IMG/VR virus record: IMGVR_UViG_3300021976_000018
Location: 1 to 55,086 of that record
Length of the DNA: 55,086 nt
Direction: 5' to 3' (one strand)
Origin: a virus
Lineage: Duplodnaviria > Caudoviricetes
Each line of letters opens with the position of its first letter. Within the stretch, counting starts at the first letter, position 1. The notes beneath the pieces are model-generated. The model was not told the origin of the DNA. It saw only the letters and a list, made by a program, of their open reading frames with translations, and made no database searches. The position numbers and the translations under genes are program-made. Below are positions 40,959 to 49,971 of the stretch, piece after piece.

Positions 40959-43588
40959 GCCGACCCCCTGATCTCGCCGCGGTCGATGGCGTCCTGCATG
41001 AGCCGGATCAGGTCACGCTCCGAGTAGAGGCTGCCGGCGTTGTTCATGATCACGGTGGTGCCGCCACCGCCCTCGCCGGCCGAGCGCACGCCGGTGGGGT
41101 TGGGGATGTCGGCCATGTTCCGCATGTTGCGGGGGCTGTTGCGGGAAAGGACTTCCTCGCCGCCCTGGAGGATGCGGAGGACCTCGGTGCCACTGCCGCC
41201 GGGGATCATCTCGCCGCTGTGGGCCTTGCCGATGCCCTTCGCACCCCCGGAGGAGCCGCCGGGGACGGCGACGTTCGGTACGGCGGGGATGGAGTTGTAG
41301 GCGCGGATCAGCCGACGGATCTGCTCCCACACCGCGTCGACGATCCGGGACAGGTTGCCCATGATCCCGTCCCACAGTCCCGACGCCGCCGAGCCGATGC
41401 GGCCCGGCAACCCGGTGATGAACCCGACCAGATCCTCGAAGCGGCCGAAGATCCAGTCCTTCACGGCGGTGGCCCCGGCCTTGATCGTGTCCCAGTTCTT
41501 CACGATCGCCAGCACCGCCAGCCCGAACGGTCCCGTCAGGATCGCGAGGAGGAGCGGCCAGTTGTCCTTCACCCAGTTGAAGACGTTGCTGATCCACCGC
41601 TTGATCGTGTCGAAGTGGATGACGACCATCGCCGCCACCAGCGCAATCCCGGCGATCACCAGGGCGATCGGCCAGATCGAGATCAGCCACGCAGCGGCGA
41701 TCACGGCGGCGCCGGCCATCGCAGCGACCCCGGAGGCGATCCAGCCCGCGACCACGATGGCGAACGTGACCGCGTAGGAGATGCCGGTAGCCACCGCGCC
41801 CGCGGCCGCCATCACCCAGCCGGCGACGTGCTTCGCTCCGCCAACCAGCGCCGCAGCTCCCGACACCACCCAGCCCGCAACGACCTTCGCGGCGGCGATC
41901 GTGTGCTGCGCCCCGGCCCAGACCGCCTTCGCGCCGGTGAGCGCCCAGCTCGCCACCACCCGAGCCGCCTCCACGGCTGCCTTCGCGCCGAGGAACACCC
42001 AGCGTCCGACCATGTAGGCGACCTTCGCCCCGTGCACGACCGCGGTGACGGTGGCGCCGACAGCCATGGCGGCGTAGTGCAGCACGATGGCACCCAGCAC
42101 TGCGACCGCGGTGACCTTCAACGCCTTGAGCGCCGTCTCGTTGCCCTTGAGGACACCGACGACGCTCTTGACGTGGCCCGACGCCGTCTTGAACCCGCGC
42201 CCCAGGTCGTCGCCGTAGGTCGCGGCGAGCTGCACCGCGGCCGGGATCACCGAGCCGCCGATGAACTCGACCAGCCCACCGAGCGCCTTGCGCTTGAACG
42301 ACTCGATGTTCGCCGCCGCGTTGGTGTTCAGGGTCGCGCCGAAATCCTCGGCCGTACCGGAGACGTCGCCGAGCCCGGTGTCCATGGAGACCAGCGACTG
42401 CAGGAACGCCGGGATCTCCGTCACCGACAGATCCTCGAGCGGGGTACCGAACAGACCGATCGCGGCGTTCGCCCGCTTGGTCGGGTCCTCGATGCCGAGC
42501 AGGCCGTCGACGAGCTCGGACAACGCGCCCCGTGCCTGGTCGCCGCCGGTGAGGAACTTGGCGGCCATCTCCTCGGCGTTGAGCCCGGCAGCCTTGAACG
42601 AGTCGACCGACAGGGTCGACATGTCCGTCGCCCTGATGCTCAGCTCCTTGATGGCGTCACCGGTCTTGTCGATGGCGAACATGCCGTCGTGCGACGCCGC
42701 AGCCAGGAGCCCGAAGGCCTCTTCGCCGGTGAAGCCCATGTTGTGCAGGAACCCGCCGTACTCCTCGATGGCGGGGAACAGCTCCTCGCGCATGCCGGCG
42801 GGCATCTTCTGCATCGACGCGATGATCAGATCGAAGGCCTGGTCGGCATCCTTGGCGAGCCCGTGACGGATCGACACGCCCGCCAATCCGACGCCTTGGA
42901 CGACGTCGAACCCGAAGCCGGTCGCGAGGTCGAGGGCCTTCGCGGTCGTCGCCTCGATCGCGGAGTCGCCGGCACCGAGCATCCCTGGCAGGGTCGACAT
43001 GACGGCGTCGACCGCGGAGCCGACCTCCTCCATGGATTCGCCGTAGGCGCCGGCGAACAGCTTGCCGGAGACCCGACCGACCCGGGCCGAGGCGTCGGGG
43101 CTGAGACCCAGCCGGGCCGCGACGGCGTCGGTGCCGGCCTCACGTTCGAACACCTCGTTGAGGCCCATCATGAACGTGGCCCCAGCCGCCGCCCCGCCCG
43201 CCAGGGCTGGGCCCTTCAGCTTGTCGAACGCGCTCCCGGCCGCCGACGACACCTTGGAGTCGAGGCCGGACAGCCCGGACGTCACGCCACGGACGAACCC
43301 GTCGCCCGTCTGCTTCCCGGCGCCCTCGACCTGGGAGGCGGCCTTGTCGGCGTCGGTGCCGATGCCCTTCAGCGCAGTGCCGGCCTTCGACGCTGCGCCG
43401 TCGAGCCCGTCGAACGACTTGGCCGCCTTCGCCCCGGCCTTGTCGATGGACGCGCTCGCCTTGTCGGCGTCACCCTCGATCTTGTCGAGCGACTTCTCGA
43501 CCGTCTTCACGCCGGCGTCCATGCCGGAGTCCAGTGCGTCGAGGTCCGCTCCCACCTTGACCATGAGGTCAGCGATCGTCGTCCCCAC
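40955..43588 (-). CDS. Tape measure protein
   Basis: 877 aa, Ala/Gly-rich helical; EY..F...G...DKTGDAIKE motif; Trp-periodic C-terminal half. Confidence 0.93.
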   Translation of the reverse strand: MGTTIADLMVKVGADLDALDSGMDAGVKTVEKSLDKIEGDADKASASIDKAGAKAAKSFDGLDGAASKAGTALKGIGTDADKAASQVEGAGKQTGDGFVRGVTSGLSGLDSKVSSAAGSAFDKLKGPALAGGAAAGATFMMGLNEVFEREAGTDAVAARLGLSPDASARVGRVSGKLFAGAYGESMEEVGSAVDAVMSTLPGMLGAGDSAIEATTAKALDLATGFGFDVVQGVGLAGVSIRHGLAKDADQAFDLIIASMQKMPAGMREELFPAIEEYGGFLHNMGFTGEEAFGLLAAASHDGMFAIDKTGDAIKELSIRATDMSTLSVDSFKAAGLNAEEMAAKFLTGGDQARGALSELVDGLLGIEDPTKRANAAIGLFGTPLEDLSVTEIPAFLQSLVSMDTGLGDVSGTAEDFGATLNTNAAANIESFKRKALGGLVEFIGGSVIPAAVQLAATYGDDLGRGFKTASGHVKSVVGVLKGNETALKALKVTAVAVLGAIVLHYAAMAVGATVTAVVHGAKVAYMVGRWVFLGAKAAVEAARVVASWALTGAKAVWAGAQHTIAAAKVVAGWVVSGAAALVGGAKHVAGWVMAAAGAVATGISYAVTFAIVVAGWIASGVAAMAGAAVIAAAWLISIWPIALVIAGIALVAAMVVIHFDTIKRWISNVFNWVKDNWPLLLAILTGPFGLAVLAIVKNWDTIKAGATAVKDWIFGRFEDLVGFITGLPGRIGSAASGLWDGIMGNLSRIVDAVWEQIRRLIRAYNSIPAVPNVAVPGGSSGGAKGIGKAHSGEMIPGGSGTEVLRILQGGEEVLSRNSPRNMRNMADIPNPTGVRSAGEGGGGTTVIMNNAGSLYSERDLIRLMQDAIDRGEIRGSA

Positions 43589-44219
43589 GGCTGACCTCCT
43601 CGCGCTTGTGGATCGACCCGCCGAAACGGCGGGTCAACGACTTGAGCATCGTCGCCATCTGGTTGGGGCTATGGGTCCGGGGGCGGCCCCACTCGGGCAT
43701 GAAGTCCGAGGGCTTGAGCCGCTTGCCCTTCTTGCCCTTCATCGCGTTGGCGATCGTCGCCGACACGATCCCGGCGAGGACATCGGCCCGGTAGCCGGCG
43801 TCGAGCGGGCCGACCTCTTCCTCGTACACCGCCCACTCGGTCAGCTCCCGGGAGCTGGTGCGCGCCAGCAGCTCCTCGACGGTCATGTGGAGATGGCCAG
43901 CTAGCCGAAACAGGAACTTTCGCTGCGGGTCAAGCCCTTCGGTGATCCGCTTCCTCGACGCCTCAGTGAGGCCACTCAGGTCGAGGATGGCGTCGCTCAC
44001 CCGCCTCAGTGCAACCGTCGACTTCTCGCCTACCTGGTCCTGATCGTCATCCGAGAAGACCCGCTCGCCGTGGTCGTCGACGACGCAACGAACCACGATC
44101 CACGCAGTGCTTGGATCGGCGCCAACGCTTCGGAGTTCGTCGCAGTCGAGGCCCGACAGGCCTCGGACACGCACCTGGGTCGACCATTCGGGCACATCGA
44201 CGGTTGTGTGGCGGGGCAC
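43569..44219 (-). CDS. Tail assembly chaperone, G-T type encoded as one ORF
   Basis: N-terminal half is paralogous to the upstream chaperone. C-terminal half FLFRLA.HL.MTVEELL.R.SS.ELTEW...R.D..AG...TIAN...DFMP.W. Confidence 0.8.
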   Translation of the reverse strand: MPRHTTVDVPEWSTQVRVRGLSGLDCDELRSVGADPSTAWIVVRCVVDDHGERVFSDDDQDQVGEKSTVALRRVSDAILDLSGLTEASRKRITEGLDPQRKFLFRLAGHLHMTVEELLARTSSRELTEWAVYEEEVGPLDAGYRADVLAGIVSATIANAMKGKKGKRLKPSDFMPEWGRPRTHSPNQMATMLKSLTRRFGGSIHKREEVSRGDDDR

Positions 44220-44279
44220 TAGACCCCCAGTGCTCGGGCCTCGTCCTTGCGCCGGTTGTTCTCGGCCGCCGTCACCGGC

Positions 44280-44654
44280 TCAACCATCCTCGGCCTCGTC
44301 GTCCGTGTCCGATTCGTCGTCGACGAGGGCTGACAGCCGGTTGGCGATGTCGAACAGCCGCTCGATCACCCGTGCGGCCTTCGCTCCGAGCTGCGCCGTC
44401 TCGTTGTCACCGAAGATCCGTTCACCGGTCTCCGGGTCGTAGAGGCACTTGACGACCAGCCGGGACCGGAAGTTCGCGAGACGCAACTCGATGTCCTGGC
44501 CGCCCCTCCTGAGGGCGACAGACTTGGCCTCGTAGGCGTCCCGGTCAGTGCCGGTCAACCCGCGCACCCGGACCTTGACACCCCACTCGGGGACGTCGAG
44601 GTCCTCGAACGGGAGGTCGTCGGCGGCGAGGATCAGTCCCCTGAGGTCGGTCAC
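44280..44654 (-). CDS. Tail assembly chaperone (gpG-like)
   Basis: LR..IL.ADD...E..DVPEWG..VRVRGLTG..RD.YE...GER.F; follows the major tail gene. Confidence 0.85.
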   Translation of the reverse strand: MTDLRGLILAADDLPFEDLDVPEWGVKVRVRGLTGTDRDAYEAKSVALRRGGQDIELRLANFRSRLVVKCLYDPETGERIFGDNETAQLGAKAARVIERLFDIANRLSALVDDESDTDDEAEDG

Positions 44655-45076
44655 GAGCCCTCCGTGAACACCGGAGCGCCGCTGATCTTGAACGTGAAGT
44701 CGGCGCTCATCTTGTCGTCGTGGGGGTACTCGTGGCCCATCCCGGTGATGAACGCCGAGAACGCCCAGTCGCCGCCGGGCGGGTCCGGGAGCACGATCAT
44801 GTAGTTGCGGGGCGCCGGGTCCTGGAAGTCGTCGACCAGCCCGACGTGGATCGCCGGGTCCCAGTTGACCTCGAACGTCACCTCGCCGGGGTCGATGAGC
44901 CCGCCGACGTACTCGCGGAACCGGTCCACGGAGTCGTGCGACGACACGTCGATGACGTCCCGGTCGAGGCCGGGACCGGTGATGTTGGTGGCTTCCCCGA
45001 TCGTGGTGAAGACCTCGGTGGGCGTACCACCGTCGCCTCTCTGGAACTGGGCTCCGAAAGCCGAATATCCGGCCAT
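44651..45076 (-). CDS. Major tail (tube) protein
   Basis: E.FT.IG....I.GP...RD.IDV.SHDS...RE..GGL.DPGEV.F..NW.P...K.SG.P. Confidence 0.92.
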   Translation of the reverse strand: MAGYSAFGAQFQRGDGGTPTEVFTTIGEATNITGPGLDRDVIDVSSHDSVDRFREYVGGLIDPGEVTFEVNWDPAIHVGLVDDFQDPAPRNYMIVLPDPPGGDWAFSAFITGMGHEYPHDDKMSADFTFKISGAPVFTEGS

Positions 45077-45091
45077 TTCTGTACCTCCTGG

Positions 45092-45514
45092 TTAGTCCTG
45101 TTCGGTGCTGAAGCGGTACGTGACCGCGGTATGTCGGGTGTCACCCGGCGGTTCCGGGTCGATGAGGGACAGCCGCGACTCGAACTTCGCCATGACGACG
45201 GTGTGCCCCGTGACCAAGGCGTCGAGGGCGACGTGCTGGTGGTCGAGCAGCTCCCGGATACGGGCTTCGATCTGGAGGCCGGTGAGGTGCCCGCGGGCCT
45301 TCGTCCACACCCGCAGCGTCCACAAGGTGACGGACCCGAACCCACCATGCGTGTTGTCCGGGGTCTCCGCCGACTCGTCGATCGTGACGTAGTCGCCGTC
45401 GGCGTCCTCCGGGACACCGTCGAACACACCGACGATGAGGGCCATCAGCGTGGAGTCGCTGGTGAGCCGGGTGTAGATGCCGGCCTGCAGCGGCACCGCC
45501 GGTGACAGGCTCAC
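45092..45514 (-). CDS. Tail terminator (DUF3168-like)
   Basis: LQ.GIY.RL..D..L..L..GVFD.VP.....YVTI; position in the neck module. Confidence 0.82.
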   Translation of the reverse strand: MSLSPAVPLQAGIYTRLTSDSTLMALIVGVFDGVPEDADGDYVTIDESAETPDNTHGGFGSVTLWTLRVWTKARGHLTGLQIEARIRELLDHQHVALDALVTGHTVVMAKFESRLSLIDPEPPGDTRHTAVTYRFSTEQD

Positions 45515-45882
45515 TCGATGGCCTCCCGGACGTCGTCGGCGAGCCGTTTCGGGAACCGGCGGCGGGCCGTCTCGGCCGCGGGGCCGGCGAACGGTTGCGC
45601 CGGATGGGACTTGGTGCCGTGCTCCACAATCCCGGCGTGACGGGCCTTCGCCTTCGCGGTCCCGTTGAGCCCGCTGTGTGTGGCTTCGATCGAGTCGCCG
45701 AGCGGCGGCTTCCCCCGCTTCCCCCTACTGGAGTCGCCGACCGGGGCACGGTGGCGCATGTCCTTCGCGACCGCTTTCGTCTCGTCGGCCACAGCCTTCG
45801 TGGCGCCACGTCGGGCCGCCGCCACGGTGGCTGCCATGGCGCCACGAAGATCGCCGTCGAAGCTGACCTTCACACCCATCAA
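45511..45882 (-). CDS. HK97 gp10-like neck/tail completion protein
   Basis: APV...L.DSI...A..VEHGT..HPAQPF..PA. Confidence 0.85.
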   Translation of the reverse strand: MMGVKVSFDGDLRGAMAATVAAARRGATKAVADETKAVAKDMRHRAPVGDSSRGKRGKPPLGDSIEATHSGLNGTAKAKARHAGIVEHGTKSHPAQPFAGPAAETARRRFPKRLADDVREAIE

Positions 45883-46229
45883 GCGCCCTCCGCTTGGGTC
45901 GTCTCGGCTTCGATGCGTAGATAGGTGGTGCGGCTGTTGGAGACCGCCGAGATGACACGCAGCCGGCGGCCGGCGGGGACATCGGTCGGGAGGTCGCCGC
46001 CGAGCTCGTCGCCCTTCCGGACGTCAGCCCCGGCGACGGTGTGGAGGATGTGAGTGAGGTTCGCCTCGGCCTGCTGCGCCAGCATCCGTTCCTCCGGCGT
46101 CGGCTGGTTCACCTGCGCCCGGATCTGACCGACCTGGCTGTAGGTGACGGTCGTGCCACCGATGCCGTCAGCGACGGTCGACGGACGGTGCACCGTCAGC
46201 GCGGTGACGCACAAGTGCCCGATCGTCAT
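45879..46229 (-). CDS. Head closure (stopper) protein
   Basis: V.R...V.DG.GG.......ER..A.Q......TH......DVR.GD. Confidence 0.8.
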   Translation of the reverse strand: MTIGHLCVTALTVHRPSTVADGIGGTTVTYSQVGQIRAQVNQPTPEERMLAQQAEANLTHILHTVAGADVRKGDELGGDLPTDVPAGRRLRVISAVSNSRTTYLRIEAETTQAEGA

Positions 46230-46651
46230 GAGCCGGTGAGGTCTTCGCTCGAGGTGCCGTAGTAGGCGTCGGAGGGCTGCTCGGGCAGATCGACGGTCAG
46301 GTCGAGACTCCCGACGGAGGGCGCACCGGCGGCACGGCGGACGATCTTCCGCTCCCGGGCCGTCAGGTAGAGGGAGGCGACGCCACCCGTCGTCCCAGCG
46401 GTGTAGGCGTAGTCGCCGAGGTTCTCGGACTGGTGGCCCATCGGGTTGGAGAACCCGCGGCGGATCATGGCGACCACGACGGCGACGATCGCCGGATGTG
46501 TGTCCGGCGACTCGACGGCATCGAGCAGCGGATCAGCGGCGAGGCGGGCGAGCGCGGAGGCGTCGTCGATCAGGGACTGCGCCTGAACGGAGTCGAGGTT
46601 CTCGAACCCTGGCCGCGCGGCCAGGTCAGCGACCGTGATCAGGCCAGCCAT
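46226..46651 (-). CDS. Head-to-tail adaptor
   Basis: TV.DL..R...A..LI.DAS...V...M.RR..SNP.G...E..G.Y.YT.......LYLT..E. Confidence 0.85.
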   Translation of the reverse strand: MAGLITVADLAARPGFENLDSVQAQSLIDDASALARLAADPLLDAVESPDTHPAIVAVVVAMIRRGFSNPMGHQSENLGDYAYTAGTTGGVASLYLTARERKIVRRAAGAPSVGSLDLTVDLPEQPSDAYYGTSSEDLTGS

Positions 46652-46655
46652 CGGG

Positions 46656-47750
46656 TCACCACTCGGTCACCTGGTGAGCGGCCTGGTACTGCTCGACCAC
46701 CGCTGCAGGGATCGGGCCGCTCGCCGGGACGTCGACGCCGGCGTCCTTCGCCCACGCCCGCACGTCCTTCGCCGGCGGCTTCGGGGCGGACGGCTCGAGG
46801 TCGGCTTCCACGACCGGGGCAGGTGGCTCCGGGTCGGGCTCCGCGGGGGCAGGCGGAGCGGCGTCGGCGGCGGTGAAGTCGAGGCGTACGGGGCGCCACA
46901 GCTGCGGGCGGCTCTTGGCGATCCAGCTGTCGGCGTGGGCGAGCGTGCGGCCACGGATGATCCGCACCCGGCGTCCGTCGACAGTGACGGAGCCGTTGTC
47001 TCGGGCGACCAGCACCTCTCCGCTCACGGTGACTACAGGGCCAGGGGGCATGGGGTCTCTCCTTCGAGGTGACGGCTGACGTGGGGTCCCGTAGCCGCGT
47101 AGGGAGTCGACGTGCAGCACGCGGCCGGACCCGTCGAAGTCGAGGGCCGACCGGTCGGCGCCGAGGAACCGGTGCGCTACACGGCCGAGGGTCTTGCCGT
47201 GACCGGGGAGCAGCGACGGGGCGTCGCGGTGGTCGACGAGCGACGGCCAGCTGTACCAGGTCGTCATGTGGCGGGCGGCGAGCCAGGCGCTGATGCGTCT
47301 GTCGTACTTGAGGCCGCCGTTGCGGTCGCCCCACGCCACCATCGCCGGGATCACCGGGACCGGCAGGACGACGCCGACACCCCAATGCAGACCACGGACA
47401 GCGAGCCAGGAGGCCGACTCACGGTCGGCGTCGGCGGCGAGGAGGGTGGTGTTGTTGCGCATCGGGGTCCAGCGCCCGAAGTACAGGGAGACGGCGGCTT
47501 GGTCGGAGACGTGGGTGAGCGCCTTCTCGACCCCGGCGATGAGGTCGGCGGGGATGACGGCGTCGTCTTGGAGAACGAGGTGGTGTGTGCAGGCGGGGTC
47601 GTGGGCAAGCCAGGCACGACGACCGGTGTCCCACTCGATGCCCTTCTCGTCCCAGACCAGAGCTGCCGGTAGGTCGAGGCGGGCCTGTAGGTCGTCGACC
47701 ATCTGCGCTCGGGCCGGATGCGCCATCACAGCAAACGAGACGGAGGTCAC
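46656..47750 (-). CDS. Glycosyltransferase-like domain fused in frame to a domain ending in an Lsr2-type DNA-binding motif, with an internal start at 47051
   Basis: HHLVLQDDA and PSLVDH in the GT part; KDVRAWAKDAGVDVPASGPIP..VVEQY at the C-terminus; AAGGAG RBS before in-frame ATG 47051. Confidence 0.72.
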   Translation of the reverse strand: MTSVSFAVMAHPARAQMVDDLQARLDLPAALVWDEKGIEWDTGRRAWLAHDPACTHHLVLQDDAVIPADLIAGVEKALTHVSDQAAVSLYFGRWTPMRNNTTLLAADADRESASWLAVRGLHWGVGVVLPVPVIPAMVAWGDRNGGLKYDRRISAWLAARHMTTWYSWPSLVDHRDAPSLLPGHGKTLGRVAHRFLGADRSALDFDGSGRVLHVDSLRGYGTPRQPSPRRRDPMPPGPVVTVSGEVLVARDNGSVTVDGRRVRIIRGRTLAHADSWIAKSRPQLWRPVRLDFTAADAAPPAPAEPDPEPPAPVVEADLEPSAPKPPAKDVRAWAKDAGVDVPASGPIPAAVVEQYQAAHQVTEW

Positions 47751-48373
47751 CGGTGGTCGGACCGCTGCCGGTTCAGGGCTTGGCGTTGGGTGTCGTTGAG
47801 CCACGACCCCCGGTAGTGGTGGCGGACGAACACCCACGGGCCCGGCTGGTCGTAGAGCCCGTCGAGACGCAGGTAGTGGTCGGGGTAGAACGCCCCCGGT
47901 GGGAGCACGAGCACGTCGTCGCGGCCCGGGAGGATGCCGGTGAACACGCCGGGCCCGGACTCCCACGGGCCGCGTCGGATCTCACGCACGGCCCGCTGCA
48001 TCATGGCTTCGACCGCCGGATGGCCGGGGTGGGCGCCGAAGCAGGCGTCGGGGATGGTGTGCTCGTCCTCCCACGCAGCGAACATCGGCACCGTCAGCAG
48101 CGGGTCGAACGCCCGGAACGGCTCCATGTCGGAATCGACGTAGACGCCGCCGCGCAGCGAGATGTCTTCGAGTCGGATCAGCCCGGCACGTTGCGCACCT
48201 GAACTGCACCGCGACCAGTACGGGGAGGTGAACGGGAACAGGCCAGGGTCGATCGGGTCGCGGTGGGTGACCAGTTCCCAGTCGGGGTGCAGGGCCCGGA
48301 ACCGCACCCACCAGCGTTCGACCTCAGGGGTGGTGGCAGCCGGCACGGTGCGCACCAGCCGTCTCGGGATCAT
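47747..48373 (-). CDS. GT32 / Gly_transf_sug glycosyltransferase
   Basis: MIPR.L......F..LHPDWE...LIRL.....GGVYVDSD...A.PGHP...GPG..T...FYP....HH..GSW. Confidence 0.88.
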   Translation of the reverse strand: MIPRRLVRTVPAATTPEVERWWVRFRALHPDWELVTHRDPIDPGLFPFTSPYWSRCSSGAQRAGLIRLEDISLRGGVYVDSDMEPFRAFDPLLTVPMFAAWEDEHTIPDACFGAHPGHPAVEAMMQRAVREIRRGPWESGPGVFTGILPGRDDVLVLPPGAFYPDHYLRLDGLYDQPGPWVFVRHHYRGSWLNDTQRQALNRQRSDHR

Positions 48374-49035
48374 CGGGCGACGAGCTGGCGCATGGCGTCC
48401 GGGCTGCCGTTCGCCGCCCGGTACATCCGGTGACGCAGCTGGTTGGCCCGCAGCGTCCGGGAACCGCGATGAGAGTCGCGGGCCACCGGATGCCACAGAT
48501 GCCACAACGTGCCGGGGATGCGGCGGGTGCGTTGCCCGGAGAGGGTCTCGGTCGCGTGCTTGAACGCCACGTCCTCCCACCCCCACCCGACGAACCGCTC
48601 ATCGAACCCTCCGGCCAGGTCCCACACATCCCGCCGGACGACGTTGGCCGACGAGCAGGCGTCACGCTTCACCGACTCCTGGCCCCGAGACCAGTCGCCC
48701 CGGTAGCCGTCGAGGACCCGGTCGGTCATCTCCTCACCGAGGTGGACCCGCACCGTGTAGGCGATCGCCGGGCCACCCGTCGCAGTGGCGTGAGCGACAG
48801 CGACATCGACCAGCCCGCGGTCACAGACCACGTCCCCGTCGATCACCACCGCCACATCCCAGTCACCGGCCGCTGCAGCGGCCTGGTTGAGGGCGGCCGA
48901 CCGGTTGAACGGGCCGCCCTCGTGGTGACCCTCGACGACATCGCCGAAGGGTTCCCACGAGGGGCGCAGCCAGTTCCACACGCGGTCCCGTTGCCCGCCG
49001 TCGGAGCGGCGCGGGACCAGGACCACCGTCCTCAC
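48370..49035 (-). CDS. GT2/GT7-type glycosyltransferase
   Basis: VLVP.R, PFNRS..LN, DGD, GGFDERFVGWGWED, HLWH. Confidence 0.9.
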   Translation of the reverse strand: MRTVVLVPRRSDGGQRDRVWNWLRPSWEPFGDVVEGHHEGGPFNRSAALNQAAAAAGDWDVAVVIDGDVVCDRGLVDVAVAHATATGGPAIAYTVRVHLGEEMTDRVLDGYRGDWSRGQESVKRDACSSANVVRRDVWDLAGGFDERFVGWGWEDVAFKHATETLSGQRTRRIPGTLWHLWHPVARDSHRGSRTLRANQLRHRMYRAANGSPDAMRQLVAR

Positions 49036-49042
49036 CAGAGTG

Positions 49043-49921
49043 TCAGCTCGTCTCGAGGGCGAGCTTCACGAACCGCTGGTTGTCGAGGCCGGAGTCGTCC
49101 TCGTACACCGCGGCGGCGCCGGCGAAGGTCGACAGGACGCTGGCCTCGCTGAGGCGCTCGGGGATGTAGTCCAGGATGCTGCGCATCCCGACGCCGCCGG
49201 CGGTGGTCGACGCCGAGTCGGTGGCGCCACGGGGAGCGACGGGGACACGGTTGCCCCACACGAACCCCGACCGGTGGTAGGCGATCGCCGAGCCGGCCTC
49301 GAGGCCGTTGGACTCCACGACCGTGAACCCGCGGTAGCGGCCCACGATCGCCTCGCGCAGCGCGCTGTCCGACGCGGCGGCGTCAGCGAAGCTCAGGTTC
49401 TCCAGGCCGAGCAGCAGCTCGATGAAGTCCGGGGACCCGGCGAGGAACCGGTCCGACGCCGGGGCGTTGGCGTTGCCGAGCATCGTGCGGGCCGTCAGGA
49501 TGTCGGCGGCGACGCTGGTCTGGTCGACGTCGGTGATGTCGGCCGCGAGGGCGTTCATCACGTCGGAGATCTGCTCCTCGGCAGCGGTGGCCACCGCGGC
49601 GACCTGCACGCGGGTGATCTGGCGGGCGAAGTCCTCCAGCTGCATGCTGGCCTCTTCGTCGGTGATCAGCTTGCCGTTGTAGAGGTGCGCCAGCGTGACG
49701 TCGACGGGGATCTCGTTGACGTCATCGAAGGTGATCGTGGCACCGGGGGTGGTCTGCTCGCGGGCAGTGCCCGGCTGGGGGACCCGGACGGTGATCGTGT
49801 CACCGTTGCTGCCGGCGAACTCTTCGCCGGGGATGCGGGTGATCGTCATCGGCAGGACCAGGGTGCGGGTCAGCAGCTCGATGGCGACGCTGCTGATCCC
49901 CTGTGCGGTAAGGACCGCCAT
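49043..49921 (-). CDS. Major capsid protein
   Basis: GDTITVRVP, R.L..SP, LREA.VGR..GF.V.ESN; AAAGGAG RBS; follows the scaffold gene. Confidence 0.88.
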   Translation of the reverse strand: MAVLTAQGISSVAIELLTRTLVLPMTITRIPGEEFAGSNGDTITVRVPQPGTAREQTTPGATITFDDVNEIPVDVTLAHLYNGKLITDEEASMQLEDFARQITRVQVAAVATAAEEQISDVMNALAADITDVDQTSVAADILTARTMLGNANAPASDRFLAGSPDFIELLLGLENLSFADAAASDSALREAIVGRYRGFTVVESNGLEAGSAIAYHRSGFVWGNRVPVAPRGATDSASTTAGGVGMRSILDYIPERLSEASVLSTFAGAAAVYEDDSGLDNQRFVKLALETS

Positions 49922-49971
49922 GGTTGTTTCTCCTTTGGTTCAACCGCAGCAGCCCGAATGGCAGTGCGGGG

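Noticed and set aside
41219-43594. 791-aa plus-strand ORF, and similar long ORFs at 49040-50953 and 23932-25488
   Set aside because: Mirror frames of well-supported minus-strand genes, expected in high-GC DNA; no motifs.
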